DNA of 64,000 nucleotides from Micropruina sp. (GCA_018055925.1 JAGPGQ010000001.1:935-64934), one strand, 5' to 3'; shown: positions 1-9,061, numbered from the stretch's first letter. The notes: generated from the sequence alone by a model not told the origin. Numbers and translations are program-made.

Positions 1-492
1 GACCTTGACCTCGGCAAGGGCGTGGTCAAGGTGCGGCAGGCGGTCACCCGCACCAAAGGAGAGATTCATGTGGGTCAGCCAAAGACTCCAGCGTCGCTTC
101 GTGAGGTGGGCATCCCACCGCACCTGCTGCCCTACCTTGAGAAGTACATCCGGACTCTGCCGATGACCGGCCGCGAAGGCTTCCTGTTCCCCGGTCGGAA
201 TGGAACCTCGCCGATGTCCGAGAAGGCACTGCGGTATGCGTACCACCAGGCTCGTACAGCTATGGGTCGCCCGGACTTGACCTTCCACGACATGCGCCAC
301 AGCGCAGCTTCACTTGCAGGGATGACCGGGGCAACAACGGCCGAACTCAAGGCCATGATGGGACACTCCACAGCGAGCATGGTCGAGCGCTATCAGCACG
401 CGACCCAGGCGGCTCGCGCCCGGCTTGCTCGGAACATGAGCAAGCTGGCAACAGATAAGCCGCGTGAACGGAAGCGCCGCCGAAACGGCTAG
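1..492 (+). CDS. int: Tyrosine recombinase/integrase, C-terminal part (5' end outside window)
   Basis: Motifs TFHDMRHS (HxxR), MGHST and RYQH (catalytic Tyr); frame is open from base 1. Confidence 0.93.
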   Translation, partial: DLDLGKGVVKVRQAVTRTKGEIHVGQPKTPASLREVGIPPHLLPYLEKYIRTLPMTGREGFLFPGRNGTSPMSEKALRYAYHQARTAMGRPDLTFHDMRHSAASLAGMTGATTAELKAMMGHSTASMVERYQHATQAARARLARNMSKLATDKPRERKRRRNG

Positions 493-688
493 CCACAGGG
501 GCAGCCAACTCCGCAGGCGTCTGACAGGTGGATCACCCCACGCGGTGCGCTACTCGTTGCAGAGTCTCGGCCGGATCGGCATCCGCTACTCCGACCCCCG
601 TCAGGTTCGGGCGCCCGGCTCGCCTCGAGCGTCGCTGCGTCCGGGGCATCTCAAGCGGGCTGCATTAGGAAGTAAAGGGAGGACGGAC

Positions 689-877
689 ATGGCACAGCAG
701 TACGAGACCCTCGCGGAGGCCGCCGAGCGAACCGGTATCAGCCAGCGAACCTTGCGTCGGCGGATCGCCGCTGGCGACCTGCCCGCCTTCGTATCTGGCC
801 GCCGGATCCTCCGAGTGCGACCGCAGGATGTTGATGAGCTGCTTAGGCCACTGTTTACATACGGCCGCACCGCGTAG
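689..877 (+). CDS. xis: Excisionase-family HTH DNA-binding protein (62 aa)
   Basis: YETLAEAAERTGISQRTLRRRIAAGDLPA matches the excisionase HTH pattern; RBS AAGGGAGG precedes ATG 689; next to int. Confidence 0.88.
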   Translation: MAQQYETLAEAAERTGISQRTLRRRIAAGDLPAFVSGRRILRVRPQDVDELLRPLFTYGRTA

Positions 878-1050
878 GTGAGGCAGTTGCTGCAGGACGC
901 TGGCACGCCGCGATTCCGCGATGGGGTGACCAACGCGTAGTGCTGAACCACCTGCCGGGCGACTGAGCGCGCCCCGTGACGGGTTCCCGGGAGCCCGCTC
1001 GGTTCGTCCCGACGGTGGTGCCGATCGTGCTCTTGCCCCACTGAACCAGC

Positions 1051-1080
1051 AATCTTAATATCTAAGCATGCGTGAAGATT
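1051..1080 (+). promoter_or_regulatory. Probable leaderless promoter/operator of the ArsR-ATPase operon
   Basis: AT-rich patch; TAATAT at 1056-1061, 6 nt before ATG 1068; short inverted repeat AATCTT...AAGATT. Confidence 0.45.
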
Positions 1081-1466
1081 CGAAGAGATGCACACTCGGG
1101 CCGGAGAGTCAGTACGCGGACTTCGCGGCCGAGGTGTTCTCGCTGCTCTCCGATGCCACTCGGGTGCGGATCATCCTGGCGCTGCGGGACGGGGAGCTGC
1201 CGGTGGGTGCGCTGGCCGAGCTGATCGGCAAGTCGCCGACGGTGGTGTCGCAGCATCTGGCGAAGCTGCGGTGGGGCAAGATCGTCCGGGCCCGGCAAGA
1301 GGGCACCCGGGTGTTCTACAGCCTGATCGGCGAGCACGCCCGTCAGTTGGTCAGTCACGCGGTGTTCCAGGCCGAGCATGTCGTGGACGCCGTTCCGCCG
1401 CACCATCGTGCCGGGGACGTCGGGGGAGCGGCCCCGTCCGGATCGGACGACGAAGGCGAGCGGTGA
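1068..1466 (+). CDS. ArsR/SmtB-family metalloregulator
   Basis: FSLLSDATRVRIILAL...VSQHLAKLR...GTRVFYSL wHTH pattern; His residues near the C-terminus. Confidence 0.92.
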   Translation: MREDSKRCTLGPESQYADFAAEVFSLLSDATRVRIILALRDGELPVGALAELIGKSPTVVSQHLAKLRWGKIVRARQEGTRVFYSLIGEHARQLVSHAVFQAEHVVDAVPPHHRAGDVGGAAPSGSDDEGER

Positions 1467-3340
1467 GCGTGGAGGCCGCGCCGGTCACCGAGGCGGGCGC
1501 GGCTGCGAGCCTGGCGAGCTTGTGGCGAAGGATCGATCGAGGCGACCTGGCTCGGACGCTGTTCGTGGCGGTGTGCGCTCTCGCCGTGGCGGTGGATCTG
1601 ACCTGGCCCTGGCCGCAGGTGCCGCTGATCGCGGTTGTCGGGCTCGTTGTCGGGTGTTGGCCGATCCTGACCGAGGCGCTGCACGACGCCCGGGAGCGGC
1701 GGATGAGCATGGAGCTGTCCATGCTGATCGCGATCGCGGCTGCGGCGGCGATCGGTGAGTGGACGACGGCCCTGGTGGTGACCACGTTCGTGTTGGCCGC
1801 GGAGATCCTCGAAGACCTCTCGATGGACCGCGGACGGGACGCGCTGACCGATCTGATGGCGTTCCTGCCCGAGACCGTGCAGGTCCGCCGGGGCGGCGAC
1901 CTGATCACGGTGCCGCTGGCGGACGTCCGGCCCGGTCAGGTTGTCGTGGTCGGGCCGGGCGGACGGATCCCGGTCGACGGCACGGTGGTCGCCGGGCGGT
2001 CCACCGCGGACCAGTCCCGGATCACCGGGGAATCTCTGCCGGTGGACATCGGTGCCGGGGACGAGGTGTTCGCCGGTTCGATCAACCACGTCGGCGCCGT
2101 CGAGATCCGTGCCGAGAAGGTCGGCACCGAGTCGTCCTTCGGGCGCATCGTGGAGGCGGTGCGGGAGGCCCAGTCGTCCGAGCCGCCGGTGCAGCGGCTG
2201 GCCGACCGGCTCGCCGCCTGGCTCATCTACCTCGCGCTGGCCGGCGCCACGATCACCTACCTGCTCACCCGCGACGTCACGGCCACGATCGCCGTCGTGG
2301 TGGTGGCGGGCGCCTGCGGCATCGCGGCGGGAACCCCGCTGGCGGTGCTGGCGGCGATCGCCCGGATCGCGCGCACCGGTGCCTTCGTCAAGCACGGTGC
2401 GCACCTGGAGGCGCTCTCCGCGGTGGACACCGTCGTGTTCGACAAGACCGGCACGCTGACCACCGGGACGCCCGCCGTCGTCGACGTCCGCCCGTCCGGT
2501 GACCTGACCGCCGAGGGACTGCTGATGCTCGCTGCGGCCGCCGAGTCCTACTCGGAGCATCCGCTCGGGCAGGCGATCGTGGCCCACGCCCGCGCCCAGG
2601 GCCTACCGATCGGTCCGTGTGAGGGCTTCGCCTACCAGCCGGGGCTCGGCGTGACCGCGACCGTCGCCGGGAGATCGGTCACGGCGGGAAACCCGATGCT
2701 CGTCACCGGCTCGCCGGAACAGATCGAAGGCCAAGGCATCGCCACCGCGGTGCACATCGGCGTCGACGGACGCTACGCGGGCACCATCTTGCTGGCCGAC
2801 ATCCTGCGCAACTCGGCCAAGGCCGCGGTCGCCGAACTGCGCCGACGGGGTCTGCGCACCCTGATGATCACCGGCGACACCGAGCCGACCGCCCGCGCGG
2901 TCGCCGCGGAACTGGGCATCGACGACGTCCGGGCCGGTCTGCTGCCCGAGGAGAAGCTGACCGCGATCGACGCCGAACGCGCCGCCGGTCACCGGCTCGC
3001 GATGGTCGGGGACGGCGTCAACGACGCCCCTGCCCTGACCCGGGCCGATGTCGGCATCGCGATGGGATCGGGCACCGACATCGCCCGCGAGAGCGCCGAC
3101 GTGATCCTGATCAGCTCCGACCTCGACGACCTGGTCGGCACCATCCACACCGCCCGCCGCGCCCGCCGCATCGTGATGGTCAACTTCGCCGGCACCATCG
3201 CCGTCGACCTCATCGGCATGGCGCTGGCCGCCCTCGGCTACCTGAGCCCCGTTCTCGCCGCGTTCATCCACGTCGGCTCGGAGACCGCGTTCATCCTCAA
3301 CTCCGCCCGCCTCATCCCCGGACGCCACCTCCGGCAATGA
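1463..3340 (+). CDS. Heavy-metal-translocating P1B-type ATPase
   Basis: TGES, DKTGTLT, SEHPL, TGD and GDGVNDAP motifs; GTG start overlaps the ArsR stop (GTGA). Confidence 0.95.
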   Translation: MSVEAAPVTEAGAAASLASLWRRIDRGDLARTLFVAVCALAVAVDLTWPWPQVPLIAVVGLVVGCWPILTEALHDARERRMSMELSMLIAIAAAAAIGEWTTALVVTTFVLAAEILEDLSMDRGRDALTDLMAFLPETVQVRRGGDLITVPLADVRPGQVVVVGPGGRIPVDGTVVAGRSTADQSRITGESLPVDIGAGDEVFAGSINHVGAVEIRAEKVGTESSFGRIVEAVREAQSSEPPVQRLADRLAAWLIYLALAGATITYLLTRDVTATIAVVVVAGACGIAAGTPLAVLAAIARIARTGAFVKHGAHLEALSAVDTVVFDKTGTLTTGTPAVVDVRPSGDLTAEGLLMLAAAAESYSEHPLGQAIVAHARAQGLPIGPCEGFAYQPGLGVTATVAGRSVTAGNPMLVTGSPEQIEGQGIATAVHIGVDGRYAGTILLADILRNSAKAAVAELRRRGLRTLMITGDTEPTARAVAAELGIDDVRAGLLPEEKLTAIDAERAAGHRLAMVGDGVNDAPALTRADVGIAMGSGTDIARESADVILISSDLDDLVGTIHTARRARRIVMVNFAGTIAVDLIGMALAALGYLSPVLAAFIHVGSETAFILNSARLIPGRHLRQ

Positions 3341-3404
3341 ACGAGTGTGGCGATGGGCTCTTGTCCTTCGCCACGGGGAGGTGCGGTATGGGGGTCTTCG
3401 TCAT

Positions 3405-3614
3405 TCACGCCAGGTGGTCGGAGATGCCGCAACTTCCGGCAGCCATAGGGGGATAGCTCGGGGTGAGCCAAGGCGCGTCCACGCCGAGAGCAAGCGATCT
3501 CGGCGATCCTCAGCGCGAACCCCCGCAGGTCGCCCTTGCGATATCGCCGTCGGCGTCCGCGAACGATCGTGGAGACACTTTGTAGCAGATAGCATCCCGC
3601 CGCCAACGGGTCAC
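3405..3614 (-). pseudogene. GH13 alpha-glucosidase N-terminal fragment, frameshifted
   Basis: Across frames: WRRDAICYKVSPRSFADADGD / GDLRG / LGVDAPWLTPSYP, resembling the GH13 N-terminal signature. Confidence 0.7.
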
Positions 3615-4060
3615 TCGCTGCTCCCGTCCGCCTGCGGGGAATCCCACGCCAAGCCGTGCGCGTCGAACGCCCAGACGTGTGCCCCGATGCTTCCTGGCAG
3701 CCGCCAGGCCGGACCCTTTGCCGTGGTCTCGGCGTGCAGCGGCTCGCCTTGCAGGGTGGACGGTTGACCTCCGCCGAGGAGTGTGCACGGGACGCGGATC
3801 TCCCCGTCGCGGGGACCCGTCCCGTCGTGGTGGGGGGCGCACGGCGTGGACGAGCACCCGACCGGACCGGTGGGGTGCTCGCGCACGTAGGTGCGGTGGT
3901 CCTCCCCAGCCGACAACCATCGGAGGCTCCCGCGCCGCAGCGGTACGTGCTCGTTGCGCAGCGCGATCAGGCGCCGGTACTGCTCCAGGGTCGCGGTGTC
4001 CCAATCCCCGCGGGCATGCCACGGCATCGGCGTGCGGGCATGCTCGCCCGTGGTCGCGGT
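3611..4060 (-). pseudogene. GH13 glycosidase (maltodextrin glucosidase-like) C-terminal fragment
   Basis: GEHARTPMPW...YRRLIALRNEHVPLRRGSLRW; catalytic N-terminal part absent. Confidence 0.7.
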
Positions 4061-4159
4061 TGATGGGCAGGGCGCTCAGAAGAAGGATCGTTTCTGGGGA
4101 GTCGCTCCGGGCCACCGTCCACGGAGCCGACCCTGTCCTGGGTCTGGCGCATTGTCGCC

Positions 4160-4567
4160 ATGGAGCCAACGAAGAGCCGGGCAGCGGTCGTGTCTCTGCG
4201 CGACGATCAGTTACTTGTCATCAGGCGCGCGAAGCAAGGGCGGCGGTATGCCGTCCTTCCCGGTGGTGGCGTCGAGTTGGACGAAACCCTTCACGATGGC
4301 GCGCTTCGAGAGTTGAAGGAGGAGACTGGTTTGTCTGGCAAGGTGCTGCGGCCTCCATGGACACTGCAGCACGACGATCGAGTGGCCGCCTACTTCTTCG
4401 TGGCGGTTCCGTTGGCGCCCATGGCGATGGCAGGCCCAGAAGTTCAGAACATGTCACTACAGAACACCTATGAGCCCTGCTGGATTCGACTATCGGACCT
4501 CGACTCAGAGAATCTGCAACCCGCCGCGATCAGAGCGCTCATCCGCGAACTCGCCGGTTTGTCGTAA
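4160..4567 (+). CDS. NUDIX hydrolase
   Basis: Nudix box GGVELDETLHDGALRELKEETGL. Confidence 0.9.
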   Translation: MEPTKSRAAVVSLRDDQLLVIRRAKQGRRYAVLPGGGVELDETLHDGALRELKEETGLSGKVLRPPWTLQHDDRVAAYFFVAVPLAPMAMAGPEVQNMSLQNTYEPCWIRLSDLDSENLQPAAIRALIRELAGLS

Positions 4568-4575
4568 AGTCGTCC

Positions 4576-4731
4576 CTACCTACGCATCCTGCTGACCGAT
4601 CCCGTGGACGTGGCACCGCGGAGCGGACCAGCGTCAGAAGCGATCCGGTTAATCCGGTCCCGCTCACCGCGTGTCGTATAGGCGGCGACGAGCGCGATGT
4701 GCCGCTGCCGAGATGTCAGAATGCTGGTCAT
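4576..4731 (-). pseudogene. Possible carboxymuconolactone-decarboxylase-like N-terminal fragment
   Basis: MTSILTSRQRHIALVAAYTTRG resembles CMD-family N-termini; lies directly after the ADH fragment. Confidence 0.3.
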
Positions 4732-4759
4732 GATGTCGCTTCTTCCGGGTCGGGTCGCA

Positions 4760-4900
4760 TCAGAAGATGGTGGTGAGGTCGAGGACGGCTCGACAGCCGA
4801 CTTCGGAATCGAGGCCACGCTGCCGAGCGGTGTTCACCCGATTCGCCGGGAGTGCTTCAACGTCTGGAGCGATGCCGTGCGCCGCGCAGAAGTCGATGAC
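4760..4900 (-). pseudogene. Zn-dependent alcohol dehydrogenase C-terminal fragment
   Basis: IDFCAAHGIAPDVEALPANRVNTA...RAVLDLTTI matches the AdhC/CAD-family C-terminus. Confidence 0.65.
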
Positions 4901-4929
4901 CAGGCTGAGGGTTCTCCGGAACGTCTTGA

Positions 4930-5290
4930 TGCGACAGGCACACGGAAGCTGTCGGATGAACCAGCAGCCGGGGTCGTGACAGTGCGGTGGCGGGTGGTCT
5001 CCAGTGATGGCCATTCGATCAGCGATGAGTACACGTTCACCGTGGAGACGACCCTGGTGCCTACGAGCGAGCTAACAACCACGAACATGCCCTCACTCGA
5101 CGATGAAACCGCCGAGCCGTCCCCTACAAGCACGGACTCCGGCTACGGCGACATCCACAGCCAGCCGAATACGAACCTCGATACTCTTCCTTTCCTGGCC
5201 GTCGCCGGGGGGAGCGGCCCCCTGGGCAGCGCGGCACTGCTGATCTTCGTGGCCAGCTGCGATCGGCGCCGTCGGATCTGGCGGCGCAGC
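4930..5290 (+). pseudogene. copC: CopC copper-resistance protein, C-terminal fragment
   Basis: VTVRWRVVSSDGHSISDEYTFTV (CopC DGH motif), then a Thr/Pro linker and anchor; signal peptide and N-terminal His missing. Confidence 0.7.
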
Positions 5291-5302
5291 AGAAGGAGGA
5301 GA

Positions 5303-5827
5303 ATGCTGATGGGTCCTAACCGGTCAAGACATCTCGCGGTCGCCGCCACTGCGGCGGCGGGGATCGTGGTGATCGATCAGGCCACGAAGGCGGCCGCACT
5401 TGCAGCGCTGAGCGCGGAGGCGCGCATCCCGCTCCTGGGCGACCTGTTCGGTCTCCAGCTCGCGTCCAATCCGGGTGCGATCCTCTCCCTCGGGTCTGGA
5501 TTCACCGGTGTGCTCACCCTGGTCGGAGCGGGCGCGGTGGTCTGGCTGATCATCGCCGTACTCCGTGCACGAACGGCAGGGCTCGCGGTGGCGTTCGGGT
5601 TCATCCTGGGCAGCGCCCTCGGGAATCTGATCGACCGGCTGTCCTCACCGCCGGGCTCCGGGGTTGGGTATGTCACTGACTTCCTCGCCTGCGGGAACCT
5701 GTTCATCGGGAACCTTGCCGACGTCGTGCTCGGTATCGGCGTCATCCTTCTCCTCGGCATCACGTGGACTCGGCGGCGCAGGGTCGATCTGCCTCCGTCG
5801 GCGCGGGTAGGGGCGGGTGCCGTATGA
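5303..5827 (+). CDS. lspA: Lipoprotein signal peptidase II
   Basis: DQATK, NPG, GNLIDR, VTDF and NLAD motifs; RBS AAGGAGGA before ATG 5303. Confidence 0.88.
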   Translation: MLMGPNRSRHLAVAATAAAGIVVIDQATKAAALAALSAEARIPLLGDLFGLQLASNPGAILSLGSGFTGVLTLVGAGAVVWLIIAVLRARTAGLAVAFGFILGSALGNLIDRLSSPPGSGVGYVTDFLACGNLFIGNLADVVLGIGVILLLGITWTRRRRVDLPPSARVGAGAV

Positions 5828-6159
5828 GTGCGAAGCAACGCACGCCGTCGACGTTCCAGCGCAATGCGCTTGCACCGGGGTTGCTCGCGGCAGCGGTCCT
5901 GTTCACCGCTCCGCTGTTGGCCGGGGCCGGTCGGTTCCAGGTGGTGCTGTTCATCACCGCGGCCCTCGCGGCGATCGTGGCCTGGTTCGCCGTGCAGGCG
6001 CGCCAATGGTGGTGGATCCCGGTATTCGTCGCGATCGTCGTGCTGTGGAACCCGGTCCTGCCCTTCCCGTTCACCGGGCCTGTCTGGGCGGCGGCGCAGC
6101 CGGCCGCAGCCATCGTATTCCTGGTCGCGGGAGCGCTGATCAAGGTGAGTCGCACATGA
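5824..6159 (+). CDS. Small membrane protein (DUF6804-like)
   Basis: Four hydrophobic segments with a WNPVLP motif; ATGA overlap with lspA. Confidence 0.7.
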   Translation: MSAKQRTPSTFQRNALAPGLLAAAVLFTAPLLAGAGRFQVVLFITAALAAIVAWFAVQARQWWWIPVFVAIVVLWNPVLPFPFTGPVWAAAQPAAAIVFLVAGALIKVSRT

Positions 6160-6439
6160 TCCTCGGATGGTTGCCGATACCATCGTCCGGATCTGCGGTG
6201 AGAGGGATCGGAACGCGCGTGATTGCGGGAGGGCTATCCCATCTCTATCGCCGACGCTCACACGGTTGTGCTCACGGGCGCCGCCGACTCATCCTCGGTG
6301 CGAGCGGCTCGTTCAGCCCCACGCCATCACGCCAGGCTCCGTGGGGGGCATCGGCCTCACGCCGCGACGGCCACCTCACCGCCGACGGCTTGTCGGCGAA
6401 GGTCATCGGTGCGAGTCGGCGGGATCCCTCCGGGCGAGA

Positions 6440-6597
6440 TGTCGGACCTGACACCTGCTCGAAGGGCAGCTGCCTGATGGTCCCGAAGCTACGTCGCCGC
6501 ATGAGGCCGACTCCGCTGTGCCCAGGAGTTCGGCCGCCTCGGCCATGGTGAGCAGCTGATCGCCTTGGTCGGGAGGGCTGTTGTCGGACGTGCTCAA
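6440..6597 (-). pseudogene. Fused remnants of an excisionase and an integrase N-terminus
   Basis: DQLLTMAEAAELLGT (xis start) runs directly into MRRRSFGTIRQLP (integrase arm-binding start); both truncated. Confidence 0.6.
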
Positions 6598-6813
6598 CCT
6601 CCTGCGAACTCGAAGACTCAGAGCCGTCGCAGACCCAACGGCTGCGGAGCGGCGAGTTCCGGACGGAGTTGGCAGGTCGGGGCTCCTTGCGGCGGGTAGC
6701 TACGCCTGTGTCGACCTGTCAGCGGAGGTGGCGGCGGTACCGCCGTGCCCGCCGGGGCAGGCTCGACAGCTCGAAGGCTGTCTTTTCGGGCTGGCGTAGG
6801 CGGCATGTTGCGC

Positions 6814-6834
6814 TAATATCGAACAAACATTCGA
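6814..6834 (+). promoter_or_regulatory. -10 box overlapping a LexA (SOS) box
   Basis: TAATAT at 6814-6819; TCGAAC-AAAC-ATTCGA at 6819-6834 has one mismatch to the actinobacterial consensus TCGAAC-N4-GTTCGA. Confidence 0.7.
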
Positions 6835-6850
6835 TTCAAGGAGGTGTGCA

Positions 6851-7183
6851 GTGTCGCCTGTATCAAGGACAGTAACCGAAGGCCCGGCCGTTGCCGCCCG
6901 TAGGCTGCCGTCGTCGCTGACTGGTCGGTCGACCGAGCGGGCACGCTGGGAGGTGGTCTACGGCTGCGAAGCAACGGGCTGGTCAGTGATCGGCTGGGTC
7001 GAGGAACGAGCGCTTGGCCGTGCCAAGAGCAGGTTCTACTTCGCTACCGGTATTCACCCCGTCACAGGGAAGCACTACCGACTCGAAGGCAGCACAGACT
7101 TCGATGAACGAGTGAACGTCGTAGGTGACTTCCATATCGACCCGATGACCAGTCGTCAGCACCTCGGCGTGGACGGCCGGTAA
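6851..7183 (+). CDS. Hypothetical protein (110 aa), putatively SOS-regulated
   Basis: Strong RBS AAGGAGGT, GTG start, upstream promoter and SOS box. Confidence 0.75.
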   Translation: MSPVSRTVTEGPAVAARRLPSSLTGRSTERARWEVVYGCEATGWSVIGWVEERALGRAKSRFYFATGIHPVTGKHYRLEGSTDFDERVNVVGDFHIDPMTSRQHLGVDGR

Positions 7184-7219
7184 ACATTCGGGCTTCCGTG
7201 TTACGGGACGCCGCTCTGC

Positions 7220-8524
7220 CTATGGAGCGAAGTGCGGTGTCGGTCGGTGCCTGCCGTGAGTCGCCAGCTCAGCCACCGGGAAAGGATCGCGTGCGAAGGC
7301 GCGGGTGGTCTCCCACGTTGGGGCGGGTCGTGACTCGGCACCCACGTGCTGGAGTTGCTCGTGGAGGTGCCAACTCTGATTCCTTGCTTCGACCACCGCG
7401 TGCGTTGCCCGTGCCGAGAGAGATGCCACCGGGGCAACGGTTGGTATTGAGGCTGAGGCCGGCAGCCAGTGCAGTCCAATGAGTTGATCATTGAGGCTGA
7501 GGTGTCCAGACGGTATGTCCCTTTTCTCAATCCACAGGCAGGGTTGGCCTTTGACCAGCGCGGCCCAGCGCTCGGTGTGGGCTTGTGCGGCCGCGTATGC
7601 GTGATTGAGGAGACGGCCGACGAGGCCGAGCCTTTGGGCAGGCTCGTGCATCAGGTGGGCGGGGCCGCTGGCGAGTTGCTCTGGCTTCAGGATGCCGGTG
7701 AGTGACGAGCGTAGTTGTCGGGAGGTCATCCGGAGTTCCGAGCTGCGTCCGCCAAGGCGAAGCGATTGCGGCCAGTCGGCGGCCTGCACCCAGAGCTGAG
7801 CGGCCGCGCTACTCGGATGGGCGGCGGTTGGATTGAGCGCGGACTCGATACGGGCGGCGGCGGTGCAGATCAGCGCGATGTCTATCGCCACGGTCTGGAT
7901 GGCGAGGCTGGTCACTGCCGTGTCACTGCGGAGGGCGCGCGTGGCGCTGAGTCGCCATGCACTGGCAACGCCATCGACTGTTGGTTCGCCGACGCGCGGA
8001 GGCTTCCAGTGGTGCAGGTAGCTGTCACCTCTCGCGACGGCGTCGTAGGTGGCGAACTGCGCAATCCTGGCCAGGTCTCGAGCGAGGCGAGCTGTGCCCG
8101 GCGCGTCGGGCGCGCGGGTTCTGAGTGACAGGGTTGCGAGCCGGGCCAAGACTGACTTGATGTCATCCGCGACGGTCTGGCCCGCGCGGTCGACGACAGG
8201 CAGGTCGGGGCGTGGTGCTGTGCCGAGTAGGTCAGCGAGCACACCCAACGTTTCGGCGACCTCGCTGAGTTGTCGGTGGCGGGAGAGGGGAGGAGGTAGC
8301 GGGAGGCCGCCGGCACGCCTTGCCCGGTCGTGCGAGAGCGACTTCAGCTGGACCTCGCTCGCCGGCGTGCGAAGGTGAGTGAAGCACCGAAGCGCAGCAT
8401 CAGCCACCGGTGCCCAGGCCCGGGTAAGCTCATGCCACACCGGATCCGGTCCGTGGCAGCTCTGCGCGTAAGAGTCGCTCTGGCACCGAAGGCGGCGGAT
8501 GAGATCCGCCACAGTGCCAGTCAT
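7220..8524 (-). CDS. Hypothetical helical protein (434 aa), paralog of 44945-47632
   Basis: Long ORF coupled to 8521-8823; shares several motifs with the 44945 protein. Confidence 0.75.
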   Translation of the reverse strand: MTGTVADLIRRLRCQSDSYAQSCHGPDPVWHELTRAWAPVADAALRCFTHLRTPASEVQLKSLSHDRARRAGGLPLPPPLSRHRQLSEVAETLGVLADLLGTAPRPDLPVVDRAGQTVADDIKSVLARLATLSLRTRAPDAPGTARLARDLARIAQFATYDAVARGDSYLHHWKPPRVGEPTVDGVASAWRLSATRALRSDTAVTSLAIQTVAIDIALICTAAARIESALNPTAAHPSSAAAQLWVQAADWPQSLRLGGRSSELRMTSRQLRSSLTGILKPEQLASGPAHLMHEPAQRLGLVGRLLNHAYAAAQAHTERWAALVKGQPCLWIEKRDIPSGHLSLNDQLIGLHWLPASASIPTVAPVASLSARATHAVVEARNQSWHLHEQLQHVGAESRPAPTWETTRAFARDPFPVAELATHGRHRPTPHFAP

Positions 8525-8823
8525 CGGTGTGAGGTTCGAACGAGGTCCGCCAGTCGCGTGCCGAGATGGGTCACGAAAGGGTCCTCGTCCCGCTGTAGCT
8601 CATCGGCAGCCTGGTGGATGAGGGCGCGGTGGTCGGTGTCCAGGCTGTATGTGGGGGAGTTGAGTGCGCCTTCCTCCAGTTGGCCTTCGAGTTCGATTAG
8701 TCGGCTCGCCGCGAGCAGTGCTCGGTCCGAGTGTGCTGCGTGGCTTAAGCACTCGCGCCGGAGCTGCGCGATCTTGCCGGCCATCGCCAGATGGTCTGTC
8801 TGGAACACGGCTATCCCCTCCAT
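8521..8823 (-). CDS. Small hypothetical protein (100 aa)
   Basis: ATGA overlap with the downstream gene; helical composition. Confidence 0.7.
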   Translation of the reverse strand: MEGIAVFQTDHLAMAGKIAQLRRECLSHAAHSDRALLAASRLIELEGQLEEGALNSPTYSLDTDHRALIHQAADELQRDEDPFVTHLGTRLADLVRTSHR

Positions 8824-8878
8824 GTGGTCACTGCTTCCCTATGCGTCCTGCAGTGATGTATCTGGACGCGGGCGACGT

Positions 8879-9061
8879 GGGGGACATCGGTCTACGTCGG
8901 TAGGGGACATCGGCTATGAAGGCCCCACGCCGGACAGGTAGCGGTCGATCTAGGTCCCGCGGCAAGGCCGGGTTGGCGGACATGGGGGACATGTCGATGG
9001 CAAGGGGTTACACGAAATCTGTGGACAACTTCTTGCTCGGTCGCCGTAGTTCTGGGGACAT
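8879..9061. repeat. Four GGGGACAT direct repeats plus a DnaA-box-like 9-mer in a divergent intergenic region
   Basis: Copies at 8880, 8903, 8985 and 9054; TGTGGACAA at 9020-9028 (TTGTCCACA on the - strand). Confidence 0.6.

Noticed and set aside
1088-1462. N-terminal extension of the ATPase ORF (750 aa in the track)
   Set aside because: Overlaps the ArsR gene in another frame; GTG 1463 with a GTGA overlap is the better start.
3390-3430. GGGGTC start resembling a Tn3-family inverted repeat
   Set aside because: No matching second end and no Tn3 transposase seen.
4697-5827. 376-aa ORF as a CopC-LspA fusion
   Set aside because: Its 5' part is antisense to an ADH fragment, and lspA has its own RBS and ATG at 5303; a chance read-through of remnants.
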